Source: Euryarchaeota archaeon UBA170
GTDB taxonomy: Archaea > Thermoplasmatota > Poseidoniia > Poseidoniales > Thalassarchaeaceae
NCBI GenBank assembly: GCA_002499345.1
Contig: DALF01000019.1
Coordinates: forward strand, 11,021-75,020
Length of the DNA: 64,000 nucleotides
Direction of reading: 5' to 3'
Shown here piece by piece: positions 27,257 through 37,374 of the stretch. The position numbers and the translations under genes are program-made. The notes below the pieces were generated by a model, which was not told where the DNA came from, did not search any database, and saw nothing but the letters and a program-made list of their open reading frames with translations. How positions within the stretch are numbered: position 1 is the first letter of the stretch; each line of letters starts with the position of its first letter.

Positions 27257-29362
27257 TCATTTTTCAGACTGTTTCTGTCTCGCCCATGTGAATACTAATG
27301 GAATCAACAATACTACCGACGTCTGTAAAATTACGGAGGAATATGGTTCAAAGGTCTCTTCTAGGTTGTACCATTTCAACTCTGCTTCCCCATTATTTCC
27401 AGTTTCAATCCATCCGACGCCCCCCAGAAGAGCCTGTGGACTAGAATGGCTTTCATCCTCATCAAATGTCAGTTGTTCTGTCTGATTTGATTCTATTTGG
27501 TAGATAAAGACTTGAGTTGTCTCAGATTCCTCGGGATTGGATGCGCCTGGCTGGAATCTAGGAATTTGGAGAAAGGCGACATTCCCATTTCCTATACTAG
27601 GAGAAGACGACTCCCATATCGGAGTAGATATCATAGTCTGCATACCGGAAAATGCATCTGCGAAGACTGTCCTATTTATTGGCCCTACATCTACCACTAC
27701 AGCGACTGCTTGACCATCAATTGCAATATCTACAATATTAGACTTTGAGTAATTTATTTCCACTCCTGACTGCTCAGATAAAAATTCATCCTGTGCAATA
27801 TCTGCAATTACGTCTAGGTAGATTGCGGTAGTAGGGCTGGCCTCGGTAAGTGATGAGATGTACACTGTCGGACCTGAGGAATCGTTGTATATTGACCACG
27901 CGACAGAGTTTCCAGATACCTCTAGCGTATCTACCTCATTGGATATTCCCCCTAATTCTGAGATCTCTTGTTCTGAGTTCATCGTCAAAATACCATCTAC
28001 GGTTAGCATCACAATGAGGGGATTTCCATTTCCATCATATCCGATATCTGAAATATCAATCTCAAAATCAACATTCTTAGAGAATATTGGCAGATAGGGA
28101 TTATCTAGAGATTCTAGATCATAGAGATCTACTCGAGTCTGATTATTTACTAAAAGATACGAGCCTGAAATCGATATACTTGGCTCTTCCAACCAAGTAG
28201 GGCCGGATATTAATTGGCCTTGTCTTCCCTCTAAGCTAGTATTCAATGCAGTAATCTCAACATCATCTATTCCGTCCATTTGAGGATCTACTTCTATTCC
28301 TATCAGCCAATCATCAGAGCCGGCGGCGGAAGTTGGCCACTCAACTCCTTCTACGGGAAAATCTTGATGTGTAGCATCCCAAAGAAGCACAAAACCAGTA
28401 GATAGTAGTAAAGCGGCTATGAAAACGCTGGTCTGCTTACTTCCCGGTTCCTTGAGGAGGGAAAGCTTCTGTCTGGCATAATTCCTAGCGCCCGTAAAGA
28501 AATTTTTTGGATTATCAATAAGCCTAGCAAGCTTCCTGGTGAATAGCCTTTCATCAGCGATCTTCCAAATCCCCTTATGTGTCCTCTCCGTGACTGACAC
28601 AGCTGCAATTGCAACAATCATCCCCCCAAGTATATCTATGGCCCAATGAATTCCCAGGTAGACAATAGAGAAGGCGGTCAAAGCTAGGAAAGCCACTAGG
28701 AATCTTCGAAAATTTAGCCACCTTCCATCTTCGTCCCATCTCGTCATGGTTAGCCATATGGCAAATGGAAGACCGATGTGTAGACTAGGCATTCCATTAG
28801 TAAACGGATCTATACGGGTGAACCAGTTGTGAATCTCAGGAGTCAGATCATAGGCTACAGTTTCCATGAGGGGAATGTAGTCTCCCGTCACTCTTACATT
28901 GAAGAATAGATAGAATGGAATTGCTAGAATGTAGACCCAGAACATCGAAAGGGAGACGCGATCTGCCATATGACGATCATCGAAGTATATTGGATATACG
29001 AAGGAAGCGAAAGTCGCTGTCATGAATCCCATGACATAGAAGTGTGTTAGGGCCACATCCAAGAAATCGTTTCTGAAGCCTTCCTGTACCCACAGTACTA
29101 TGTCTCCTTCGATGGCGTAAACGTAGGGAGTCATGTCTAGTTGTGTGTTGGCCATCAAAATTCTATCCAAGCCATCTAAAATATCCTTCCATAGATATAC
29201 TGAGAAAACCACAATCATGTGTGCCCAGTATCTTCTGAACATATCTATGAAGCCCTCGATTCTGACTTTAGCATAAGGGGGCTTGAAAATTGGCATCATT
29301 GCTACGCTGATGAGAATAGCACCTGTTATCCAGGTAATGTAAATCCCGCTTCCTACGGCCAT
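27257..29362 (-). CDS. PAP2 / AUR1 (inositol-phosphorylceramide synthase-like) membrane enzyme with large extracytoplasmic domain
   Basis: Multi-TM N-terminal part with NGMPSLH and YLGIHWAIDILGG, followed by an acidic beta-rich domain and a C-terminal TM anchor. Confidence 0.8.
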   Translation of the reverse strand: MAVGSGIYITWITGAILISVAMMPIFKPPYAKVRIEGFIDMFRRYWAHMIVVFSVYLWKDILDGLDRILMANTQLDMTPYVYAIEGDIVLWVQEGFRNDFLDVALTHFYVMGFMTATFASFVYPIYFDDRHMADRVSLSMFWVYILAIPFYLFFNVRVTGDYIPLMETVAYDLTPEIHNWFTRIDPFTNGMPSLHIGLPFAIWLTMTRWDEDGRWLNFRRFLVAFLALTAFSIVYLGIHWAIDILGGMIVAIAAVSVTERTHKGIWKIADERLFTRKLARLIDNPKNFFTGARNYARQKLSLLKEPGSKQTSVFIAALLLSTGFVLLWDATHQDFPVEGVEWPTSAAGSDDWLIGIEVDPQMDGIDDVEITALNTSLEGRQGQLISGPTWLEEPSISISGSYLLVNNQTRVDLYDLESLDNPYLPIFSKNVDFEIDISDIGYDGNGNPLIVMLTVDGILTMNSEQEISELGGISNEVDTLEVSGNSVAWSIYNDSSGPTVYISSLTEASPTTAIYLDVIADIAQDEFLSEQSGVEINYSKSNIVDIAIDGQAVAVVVDVGPINRTVFADAFSGMQTMISTPIWESSSPSIGNGNVAFLQIPRFQPGASNPEESETTQVFIYQIESNQTEQLTFDEDESHSSPQALLGGVGWIETGNNGEAELKWYNLEETFEPYSSVILQTSVVLLIPLVFTWARQKQSEK

Positions 29363-29417
29363 TCAATACCTCCCGAGAAGTATGTTTGACATGAATTCGA
29401 CCCTTGAAATTACTATT

Positions 29418-30422
29418 TTAGGTGATCTTCACTTGGTGAATATCACCTTTCTCCAATGATGAAAGTATCTCTTCAACGACCTTACTGAACGATAATGCAG
29501 TTTCTCCTTCTGGTTCTGCCACAATCCTATGAACTCCATCATCCCCTCCCCTCACCACTCCTGGGTCGAAGGGTAGTCGCCCTAGGAAGGGCACTTCTAG
29601 CTCATGTGCAGAGTCTTCCCCCCCTCCTGATTTGAACAGATCTAAGGTTACAGACCATTTTCCCTCGGGTGAAGCAGTAATATCGATAGGGACCCCCGTT
29701 GGTCCAATCATAGAGAATTGACTACCAGCTTCCGCGGTTCCTGAAATGGTGTAACCACTCATATTCTCGACCACGCCAAGAACAGGGACTGATATTGTCT
29801 TGGCAAAATTGATTGATTTTCTACTGTCCAAAAGTGCGACTTCTTGAGGAGTGGTTACAATAACCACTCCATCCAAATTTGGTAGTGTCTGGCTTACTGT
29901 GAGAGGCTCATCACCGGTTCCGGGAGGGAAATCTATCACAAGAGTGTCAAGCTCTCCCCATGCCACATCTCCGATAAATTGCTGAATGGCGCCGAGTTTT
30001 ATCGGTCCTCTCCAAATTACAGGCTTATCCGGATCTTCAATCAGGAATGCCATTGAAATGACCTTTATCCCATGGGGACCTATTGCGGGAAATATCTGAC
30101 CGTCTTCTATGTGGAGCTCTGTCCCCTCAATGCCTAGCATCTTGGGCACATTAGGCCCTGTAATATCTATGTCCATTAGTCCAACTTTCTTCCCCATACG
30201 AGCTAGTGAAAGAGCTATTCCGGTGGCCACCGTAGTCTTTCCAACACCTCCTTTTCCAGAGAGAACCATGATTTTATGGCGGATTCCCTCACTCATTTTT
30301 GACATTCTCATTTTTCTTTGCATCTGTTGGTAGGCCTGCTCCATCTGAGCTCTCTGATTCGAGTTAGCTTCCTCTTCTGCTTGAGAATCAGGAGAATGGT
30401 GTGACACGGGCGAATCTGCCAT
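29418..30422 (-). CDS. mrp: Mrp/NBP35 Fe-S cluster carrier ATPase
   Basis: SGKGGVGKT, DIDITGPN, WRGP, DFPPGTGD, VTTPQ and GVVENMS. Confidence 0.94.
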   Translation of the reverse strand: MADSPVSHHSPDSQAEEEANSNQRAQMEQAYQQMQRKMRMSKMSEGIRHKIMVLSGKGGVGKTTVATGIALSLARMGKKVGLMDIDITGPNVPKMLGIEGTELHIEDGQIFPAIGPHGIKVISMAFLIEDPDKPVIWRGPIKLGAIQQFIGDVAWGELDTLVIDFPPGTGDEPLTVSQTLPNLDGVVIVTTPQEVALLDSRKSINFAKTISVPVLGVVENMSGYTISGTAEAGSQFSMIGPTGVPIDITASPEGKWSVTLDLFKSGGGEDSAHELEVPFLGRLPFDPGVVRGGDDGVHRIVAEPEGETALSFSKVVEEILSSLEKGDIHQVKIT

Positions 30423-30522
30423 GATACTTGGTAAGAGCGGGCATACTTCAATGCTAGTCTAGGTAATTTTAATTAATTGCTATTGGGGTTGAGTTAATTT
30501 AGTTCAATTCATTCGGAAATCT

Positions 30523-30900
30523 GTGAGGTTTCTATTCGTTTGTGTAGGTAACACTTGCAGGAGCCAAATGGCTGAGGCGATATGTAAGAGTCTTGGACAC
30601 TCTGCTAATTCTGCTGGGACACACCCTGGAAGGGAAGTTAATGCAAATGCAATCAGAGTACTAGAAGAAAGGGGGATAGAGTCAATGGGACTTTTCCCTA
30701 AATCAATAGATGATATTGAAACCGACGGCTATGATAAGATAGTTAGCATGGGCTGTGGAGTACAATGTCCCAAACTCCCCATTGACTACGACTGGGGACT
30801 AGATGACCCTCATGGAAAGTCGATAGAAATATATAGATCGACACGAGATTCGATAATTGATTTGATGCGTGAATTGATTCTAAAAGAGACCGACGCTTAG
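30523..30900 (+). CDS. Low-molecular-weight phosphatase / ArsC family
   Basis: FVCVGNTCRSQMAE, SAGT, MGCG and WGLDDP. Confidence 0.9.
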   Translation: MRFLFVCVGNTCRSQMAEAICKSLGHSANSAGTHPGREVNANAIRVLEERGIESMGLFPKSIDDIETDGYDKIVSMGCGVQCPKLPIDYDWGLDDPHGKSIEIYRSTRDSIIDLMRELILKETDA

Positions 30901-30929
30901 AAAAGCGATTCTGCTTTCCCAACATTCAC

Positions 30930-31004
30930 ACGAGTGTAGTGTAGTGGTTATCACCCGGCGTTGCCAACGCCGGAACCCGGGTTCAAATCCCGGCACTCGT
31001 ACCA
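30930..31004 (+). tRNA. tRNA-Gly (GCC)
   Basis: ACGAGTGTAGTGTAGTGGTTATCACCCGGCGTTGCCAACGCCGGAACCCGGGTTCAAATCCCGGCACTCGTACCA forms a full cloverleaf with an encoded CCA. Confidence 0.97.
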
Positions 31005-31016
31005 TTTTATCTGGAA

Positions 31017-34000
31017 TTAGTCAAAATCTGACTTTCTAATCTGTAAAATTACTGCTACCATGCCAAGGAGCAGGAGAGAGAAGGAAGTTACTAGAACGAT
31101 TGAAGACATGTTCTTCGAAATCCAGCTAGAGTCACCAGCGCAACAGTCGGATGAGTAGACCGAGAACACGTGCCCCTGATCTTCTAGAGGAGTGCTAGAA
31201 AGATAGATGTCTGTGGCTCTTATTTTTATTTCTAGGTCCCCCTCCGGTATGGTCGATCTGACTATGAACTCCAGTGAATAAATGCCGTCTCCTGCTAACC
31301 GATCCCCCGAAGTACCGTCATCTACCATTAGTAGCCATTCCTCAGACTTCCCGATCTCAGCGAGCCTGCCTATCTTTGCTTGAACGGACGATACCCCGTC
31401 ATAATCAGAAATCGCAGCCTCGATGTGATGAGTAATTTGCCCACCATTCCCGGAGACCATTACTGGATGGATTACTTGCTCTTGATCAGAAATGTAAGAC
31501 TGAGGGGACCCATCTCTCCATACCTCCAAAGATGAAACTGTAGGATGTTCGTTATCAATCCTCAATAGCGAGGTCAACTTTAGGCCATTAGTGATTATTT
31601 CCGCTCCTTGTAAATCTGATATTCTCAGAGGAATGCCTCTCTCGCCGGGCGCTACTGTGATGGGAACGGAGAATTCTCCAGACCACATTCCTGAAGACTC
31701 TGAGAAGTTAAGGGGGTATAGCTCACCTCCAGAGCTCAGGAGATCTACAATTACTTCAGATACCCCATGGCCATCTACACAATCGACTGTAATTCCTATG
31801 GATTCGCCCCTGATTGCTGATGACTGCGAGAATGAAACTGAAGTCACCCTTGGAGGGAGATTTGCAATACTAATTTCTGCTGTTTCAATTATTTCAACCC
31901 AGTAATCTATGATTGTAATGGGGATATAGAAATCTCCAAACTCTAGTCCATTGTGAATGACTAGTGATGTCCAAACATCATCACGAATGGTTAGATCTCC
32001 TTTCAAGCCACTATCTGAAAGCTCGATAAGTCCCATTCCAATAGAAGAAAAATCGGCGACAACGGATACAACATCCGTATCTATGTCATTAATCAACACT
32101 TCAATATGAGATACCCCTCCCTCTGTATGTAGAAATCCCTCTCGGAATCTAACAGATTCTAGAGATGGAGGAGTGTTTTCATCAGCGGTAATTATTGATG
32201 GGTATAGAATTCTATCTACCTTCTGATACTCCTGAAAGGAAATGTCACTTGATTGATTTTCATCTCCTGATTCTAATGTTATCCACCTTGAGACCTCATA
32301 CAAAAGTCCTGAGAGAGGACCTTCATTGACAAAAAATCCTGAGGCCATAATTTCCTCGAAGTCGAATTCTCCAGTCCATTCTGCGACTTCTACGATATGA
32401 CCATCCATCTCTTTCTCAATGATCGAATTAATTGTTACTTCGAGAGTATTAGATGGATTGCCAAATAGAACAAATCTATCACCTGGAACCACGATCTGGG
32501 GCGATTTTCCACTCTCTCGGGATATCTGATTGGAAATCAGAGGGCTGGCCTCCGGTCTGGTTGGCTGTTCTACTATTGGCGATTCAGGAGGGAATTCATT
32601 TGAAACAGAACCATTGTCCTCTACGTACTGTAATCTGACAGTCCTATTCTGCCAGTCCTCCTGAGGCACAGTGAATTCATATGTCAGATTATGCTCAGCA
32701 CCGAATTCTTGGGAGATTGGTCCGAAAGGGGTTGCTGAAACATTGAACCAGAACTCGTTTTGAATCTTATCGACCTCATATCTTACGCCCTCTGAATTCT
32801 CCTGTATTCCAGAGTCTACTATCTGCCTGACAAATCCGAAACTACCCTCGGCATCACCATCATAGGTCCCATCCACAATTATCGTGTCCGAAACTGTCTC
32901 GCCTCCAGTCGATTCTAGATGGATCATTGGAATGGTCCCATTCACGTCTATACTGAACTGATCATCGTCAATCTCAAATCCGAATTCACCCCCTCCGAAT
33001 GCTCTGAAGAACTGTTCCTCACGGGTATCGTCAGACCATCTCTCTCTGATTATCAAATCATCAAGCTCGAATGAGAAAAAGTCTGATACCCCCGATATCC
33101 TCAATGATGCATTTGCCTCTAACTGAAAATTCTGAATACGCCTCTGCCCGTCTTCATCGAAGGATTCGAAGTAGAAGGTATGGATTTCTCCGAAGCCTCC
33201 ACCTGAGCTATTGTTATCTCCACCATTGAAAGATAGCCATCCGTTGCCCTCGATTATAATCCTCTCAGACAACTCGCCATTTTCCCATGAGCGATTTATA
33301 GAGGCCTCACTGACTGAAATTTCTGCTGTGAAACCTTCTTCATAACCTTCTTCTGAATAGCCTTCCCTTAGCACCATTGTGCCATTACCTAACATCTCAA
33401 AATCTTGAGATAGAAGCTCATCTCCATCGTATGTTTCGTTCAACCATACTCTGTCCAGAGAGAGGTCCAGAATAATCCCATTTAATCCGTTCATTGTGTT
33501 CATCTGAAGAGAGCCGTTGCCAAGTTCATTGGATTCTAGAGTAGCCCCTTCTCTCTTTTGCCAGCCTCTTCCGATAAAATCGATATTCTGATTGCCAGAA
33601 TCTTCTCCTTCTAGTGACCAGACGGTCTCTCTTGTGATTTCATGATCCTCGATTGGTTGGTTCCAATTGGTAACTACAAAAGATCTGGTGCACGACGACT
33701 CCAAACTGGAGAAGTTAACAAAAATCTTGTCGCCAAAATTTGGTTGTGATTCTAGTTCTATGTCTACCTCCCCTCCAGCGCTAATGTGTGAGACATTTAG
33801 TGGGTTGTCATCTACTGTCATGCCCGCGTGGCTCGCGTTGATAGAAATGCCACTTGGGGATGTTCCAGGAGAAAACGGCGGGTCGAAAACGACTCGATAC
33901 CTGTGGATGTGCTCTACTGAGAAGAGTTCGCCTTCCTCGTTCGGCTCTTCTAGCCAGTTGACTTGAGAGCCCCAATCAACCAGAATCTCACATTCATTAG

Positions 34001-34112
34001 TGACTGAAGACTGTCCAGAAACCAAACTTGTAGGCAAGCTGAGCAACAATATTGATGTCAATAGAATTGCGAATTTTGTCTTTGATTCCTCCTTAGCCAA
34101 ATCAACCACCAA
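31017..34112 (-). CDS. Large acidic cell-surface protein with Ig-like / choice-of-anchor-X-like repeats
   Basis: Signal peptide, acidic beta-rich body, repeats LSDSGLKGDLTIRDDVWT and MVDDGTSGDRLAGDGIYS, and a C-terminal TM anchor. Confidence 0.78.
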   Translation of the reverse strand: MVVDLAKEESKTKFAILLTSILLLSLPTSLVSGQSSVTNECEILVDWGSQVNWLEEPNEEGELFSVEHIHRYRVVFDPPFSPGTSPSGISINASHAGMTVDDNPLNVSHISAGGEVDIELESQPNFGDKIFVNFSSLESSCTRSFVVTNWNQPIEDHEITRETVWSLEGEDSGNQNIDFIGRGWQKREGATLESNELGNGSLQMNTMNGLNGIILDLSLDRVWLNETYDGDELLSQDFEMLGNGTMVLREGYSEEGYEEGFTAEISVSEASINRSWENGELSERIIIEGNGWLSFNGGDNNSSGGGFGEIHTFYFESFDEDGQRRIQNFQLEANASLRISGVSDFFSFELDDLIIRERWSDDTREEQFFRAFGGGEFGFEIDDDQFSIDVNGTIPMIHLESTGGETVSDTIIVDGTYDGDAEGSFGFVRQIVDSGIQENSEGVRYEVDKIQNEFWFNVSATPFGPISQEFGAEHNLTYEFTVPQEDWQNRTVRLQYVEDNGSVSNEFPPESPIVEQPTRPEASPLISNQISRESGKSPQIVVPGDRFVLFGNPSNTLEVTINSIIEKEMDGHIVEVAEWTGEFDFEEIMASGFFVNEGPLSGLLYEVSRWITLESGDENQSSDISFQEYQKVDRILYPSIITADENTPPSLESVRFREGFLHTEGGVSHIEVLINDIDTDVVSVVADFSSIGMGLIELSDSGLKGDLTIRDDVWTSLVIHNGLEFGDFYIPITIIDYWVEIIETAEISIANLPPRVTSVSFSQSSAIRGESIGITVDCVDGHGVSEVIVDLLSSGGELYPLNFSESSGMWSGEFSVPITVAPGERGIPLRISDLQGAEIITNGLKLTSLLRIDNEHPTVSSLEVWRDGSPQSYISDQEQVIHPVMVSGNGGQITHHIEAAISDYDGVSSVQAKIGRLAEIGKSEEWLLMVDDGTSGDRLAGDGIYSLEFIVRSTIPEGDLEIKIRATDIYLSSTPLEDQGHVFSVYSSDCCAGDSSWISKNMSSIVLVTSFSLLLLGMVAVILQIRKSDFD

Positions 34113-34277
34113 TTACTGCTAGCGATAGCATTAGTACAATAACCATTCCTAATGCCAGACAGTGGGACATCAAGGTGAATATACGGTCAATGGTCTTTCT
34201 TTCGTTGAATCAAAGGGGAAAAGCAGAGCTAATGGGGTTGCCCTGAGCGAGTCTAATCGTGTCGCCGCTCTGAGGTA

Positions 34278-34712
34278 TCAGAATAGAGGCTCTTCGTAGT
34301 CATCGTCTTCGCCTGATCTTTCCTTCCAAAGAGAAACCGGAACATCATCATACACATCTGAGTAAGGATCCTTGTCCTTCTGATTCAATAGTGCCGCTTC
34401 GGCGGCCGCTCTAGCGAACTCCTCTGCATTGGCTTTGAACTTCCAATAGTGAATCCTCCACTCTCTTCCATCCCAGAGAGTTGTTTCCTCTGACTCTGTT
34501 GTCAGGAGGTCATAGTCCTGGAGCTGGTAGAACAGATTTCTGTCTGTGGGCTCCAGTGCATTATCGATAATCCTGTTTGAGAAGCCGAAGAAACCCAGAG
34601 CGTGCTCGGCGATCGACTCTGCGACGACTACTTCCATATCGGAGTCTACCTTGCTTCGGATTGCAGAAGTAAGTTGTGCTAGTGTCAAACCCATCGCATC
34701 GCCTCCAGACAT
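34278..34712 (-). CDS. Conserved Thermoplasmatota protein (DUF6015-like)
   Basis: FFGF..RIIDNALEP.DR..FY.LQD..LLTT..EETTLWDGREWRIHYW pattern. Confidence 0.7.
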   Translation of the reverse strand: MSGGDAMGLTLAQLTSAIRSKVDSDMEVVVAESIAEHALGFFGFSNRIIDNALEPTDRNLFYQLQDYDLLTTESEETTLWDGREWRIHYWKFKANAEEFARAAAEAALLNQKDKDPYSDVYDDVPVSLWKERSGEDDDYEEPLF

Positions 34713-34816
34713 GCATACAGGGGAGGGCGCTCTATTTCAACGGTATCTCTTAACACTTCAAAATCAAGTGATTATGTATGCGAAGTCATTATTCTACATC
34801 ACAGAGACGAGAATGC

Positions 34817-35752
34817 ATGGACAATGATAGGCGAGCCAGTTTCCTAGGCCTCAAGGAGAGCCATGAGGGGCCGTGGGACGTTGTCATTCTCCCAATCCCC
34901 TTCGAGATGACTACCAGCTGGATAGAGGGCACTGAGAAGGGACCATCAGCATGCATAGACGCCAGTTCTCAAGTCGAGTTGTATGACCCCCTGCTTCCCG
35001 AGGAGCTTCCCTGTGGGCTTTCGTTCCATACTGCAGAGCCATGGAGTTCTGAAGCTGGAACCCTAATGGATCAGTTGGACTCTATTCGTGAATACTTCTC
35101 AGAGTGGGTAGGAGAAAGTTTCCCACTGATCCTTGGGGGAGAGCATGGCATCTTGCCGCCAATTATGGAAGCATTGTCTAATCATCCAGAATTACAGGGG
35201 GACCTTACTAGATTGACATTGGTTCAAATTGATGCCCACGCCGATCTCAGAGATGAGCTTCAGGGAGAGAGATACTCCCATGGGACCGCTATCAGGAGGG
35301 CTCTAGATGCAGGCGTTGGCAGGGTCATTCAGATAGGAACCAGGGCTCTGTCGAAGTCCGAGGCCGAATTCTCGATGAAGGACGAAAGGGTAGAGACATG
35401 GTATGCCAGAGACATACTAGGAGGACTGGGGAGGGAGGGAGGCTGGAAAGGTATGCTCGAGAGTATTTCGGAAATTGAAGGACCTGTCTGGATTACCTTC
35501 GACATAGACGGTCTTGATGGTAAGTTGGTACCATCAACAGGTACTCCGGTTCCCGGGGGCCTTTCTCATTGGGCGGCCGTCGAAGTCATTGAGAGTGTCT
35601 TTTCTGCTTCAGGCATCAAGGTTCTGGGGGCGGATGTGAACGAGATTGCTCCTGGGAAGGAAGGTCCTCTCACCGAATTCAATGCCGCACTGATTGCGAC
35701 TAAGATTATTACATGCCATATTGCGGGATATCTGAGCGGAAAAGGAGAATGA
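34817..35752 (+). CDS. speB: Agmatinase
   Basis: LGGEH, QIDAHADLR, SHGT, TFDIDGLD and TGTPVPGG. Confidence 0.93.
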   Translation: MDNDRRASFLGLKESHEGPWDVVILPIPFEMTTSWIEGTEKGPSACIDASSQVELYDPLLPEELPCGLSFHTAEPWSSEAGTLMDQLDSIREYFSEWVGESFPLILGGEHGILPPIMEALSNHPELQGDLTRLTLVQIDAHADLRDELQGERYSHGTAIRRALDAGVGRVIQIGTRALSKSEAEFSMKDERVETWYARDILGGLGREGGWKGMLESISEIEGPVWITFDIDGLDGKLVPSTGTPVPGGLSHWAAVEVIESVFSASGIKVLGADVNEIAPGKEGPLTEFNAALIATKIITCHIAGYLSGKGE

Positions 35753-35780
35753 TTGTATCTTAGTACCTCCTCAGTATGGT

Positions 35781-37280
35781 ATGCGTAAATGGTTGACTAC
35801 CTTGGTTCTGTCATCGCTGATGGTGGCCTCTGTATCTTCGATGGTTACTGCTCAGATAAGTCAGCCAGATATCGTCCAAGAGCATTGGTACCATTCCTAC
35901 GCAACGCTGACCTTGGACATCAATGCTTGGGAAGATGACCACCCAGAAATCGTCAATCTCTCCTCCATAGGGCAGACTGAATTGGGGAGAGAGATTTGGA
36001 TGCTACAGATCACCGACGAATCTTGTCCGCTTGATTGGGATTTTGATGGGTGTGAACACTCCTATTACGGTGGAGAAGGTAGAGAAGGGCCATTAGTAGT
36101 TCGCAAAGAAGTAGTATACATCGATGGTGGCCATCATGGTAATGAGCATCTAGGAACCGAACTCGCCTTCCTAGTTGCCGAGTACTACATCGAGGGCTGG
36201 GGAAACGGAGATCAAGAGATTATCGATTTATTGGCGACGACTGAATTGCATATCCTAATCATGCTAAATGCGGACGGTAATGACTTCGACACAAGATGGA
36301 ATGTCAATCAAGTGGACCTGAACAGAAACTATGATCACTACTGGAACACCTGTCCTACGACACAACCGGGGAGTTCTGCATTTAGTGAATCAGAGACTCT
36401 TGCGAATTCCATATACATGAACGATGTTGTGCCTCATGCTGACCTGTATATTACCATGCATACGGGAGTCTGGATAATGCTCTATCCTTGGGGCAAGTGG
36501 CCAGAGCAACCGTCTGACTGGGAAATGTACCATCATATTAGAGATGAGGTAAATTCTAACATTTCTGATATCCCTATTCGCAACGCCAACCAAGGCCTCT
36601 ACCCGAACTGTGGAACCAGCCGAGATTACGGCTATGGCGTGATGGGCTATCCCACGTTCACCTTCGAGACTGATGATGAGCAGTTCCTGCTGGGGACAGT
36701 AGAGGCCCTATCGGAAAGATTGGGAGAGGAGCTCGACGTGATGCATTACCTCATAGAGAATGTATGGTACTGGAGAGCTCGTCTTGTTGCCGATTCCTTG
36801 AAGGTAGAAGAAGGAAAAGTACATCTCAGCGTTTCTAATCTAGGTTATTCAAGCACTTCAAATGCCACACTGCTGTACATGGAGGGAGTGGATTCGACAG
36901 AGATTTGGCTCCCTGGGTCGGATGAACCAGTCGAAATGATAGGACTGACGCAAAAGGGAGGGACCCCCCAAATACAGTTTGGTTCAGACTTCAACTTCTC
37001 CACCTCCGGATTCGGCTTCGCAGTCAATGCCACTAATAGCACGATCACGACTCTCGACTTTACGGGCGCTCCGGTTTCAAGCAAGGGGATTTGGACCCTG
37101 TACTACCAGAAGAGAGTAGTGGATTCCTCGATGTGGGTGGGAAACCCAATCAATGACAGCGTAGTTGACTACGAGAGTAGTGGCGGCTCGAGCCTTCTTC
37201 CTACTCCTTCGATACTGCTTATCTTAGTCTCATTCACGCTGGCTTCGATCAATGGAAGAAATGGTAGATTTGAACAATAA
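35781..37280 (+). CDS. Secreted M14 zinc carboxypeptidase
   Basis: Signal peptide, GGHHGNE, RWN...VDLNRNY, FSESET, TMHT, YPWG, TFE and a C-terminal TM. Confidence 0.92.
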   Translation: MRKWLTTLVLSSLMVASVSSMVTAQISQPDIVQEHWYHSYATLTLDINAWEDDHPEIVNLSSIGQTELGREIWMLQITDESCPLDWDFDGCEHSYYGGEGREGPLVVRKEVVYIDGGHHGNEHLGTELAFLVAEYYIEGWGNGDQEIIDLLATTELHILIMLNADGNDFDTRWNVNQVDLNRNYDHYWNTCPTTQPGSSAFSESETLANSIYMNDVVPHADLYITMHTGVWIMLYPWGKWPEQPSDWEMYHHIRDEVNSNISDIPIRNANQGLYPNCGTSRDYGYGVMGYPTFTFETDDEQFLLGTVEALSERLGEELDVMHYLIENVWYWRARLVADSLKVEEGKVHLSVSNLGYSSTSNATLLYMEGVDSTEIWLPGSDEPVEMIGLTQKGGTPQIQFGSDFNFSTSGFGFAVNATNSTITTLDFTGAPVSSKGIWTLYYQKRVVDSSMWVGNPINDSVVDYESSGGSSLLPTPSILLILVSFTLASINGRNGRFEQ

Positions 37281-37374
37281 TTTATGTTTCATGGCTGCTA
37301 ATTAGACTCTAATCTCATAGTTTGACATAGAATTATTTGTAAACTAGATACTAATCGGGCAGTTCGGGCTATTT

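Noticed and set aside
30930..34112. Genomic island or provirus integrated at either tRNA-Gly
   Set aside because: I saw no integrase, no duplicated tRNA 3' end and no compositional shift; flanking genes look like core genes.
34113..34277. Possible small RNA in the gap between the surface protein and the DUF6015-like gene
   Set aside because: Only weak hairpin potential (GAGCG...CGCTC) and no convincing C/D box pair; not supportable.
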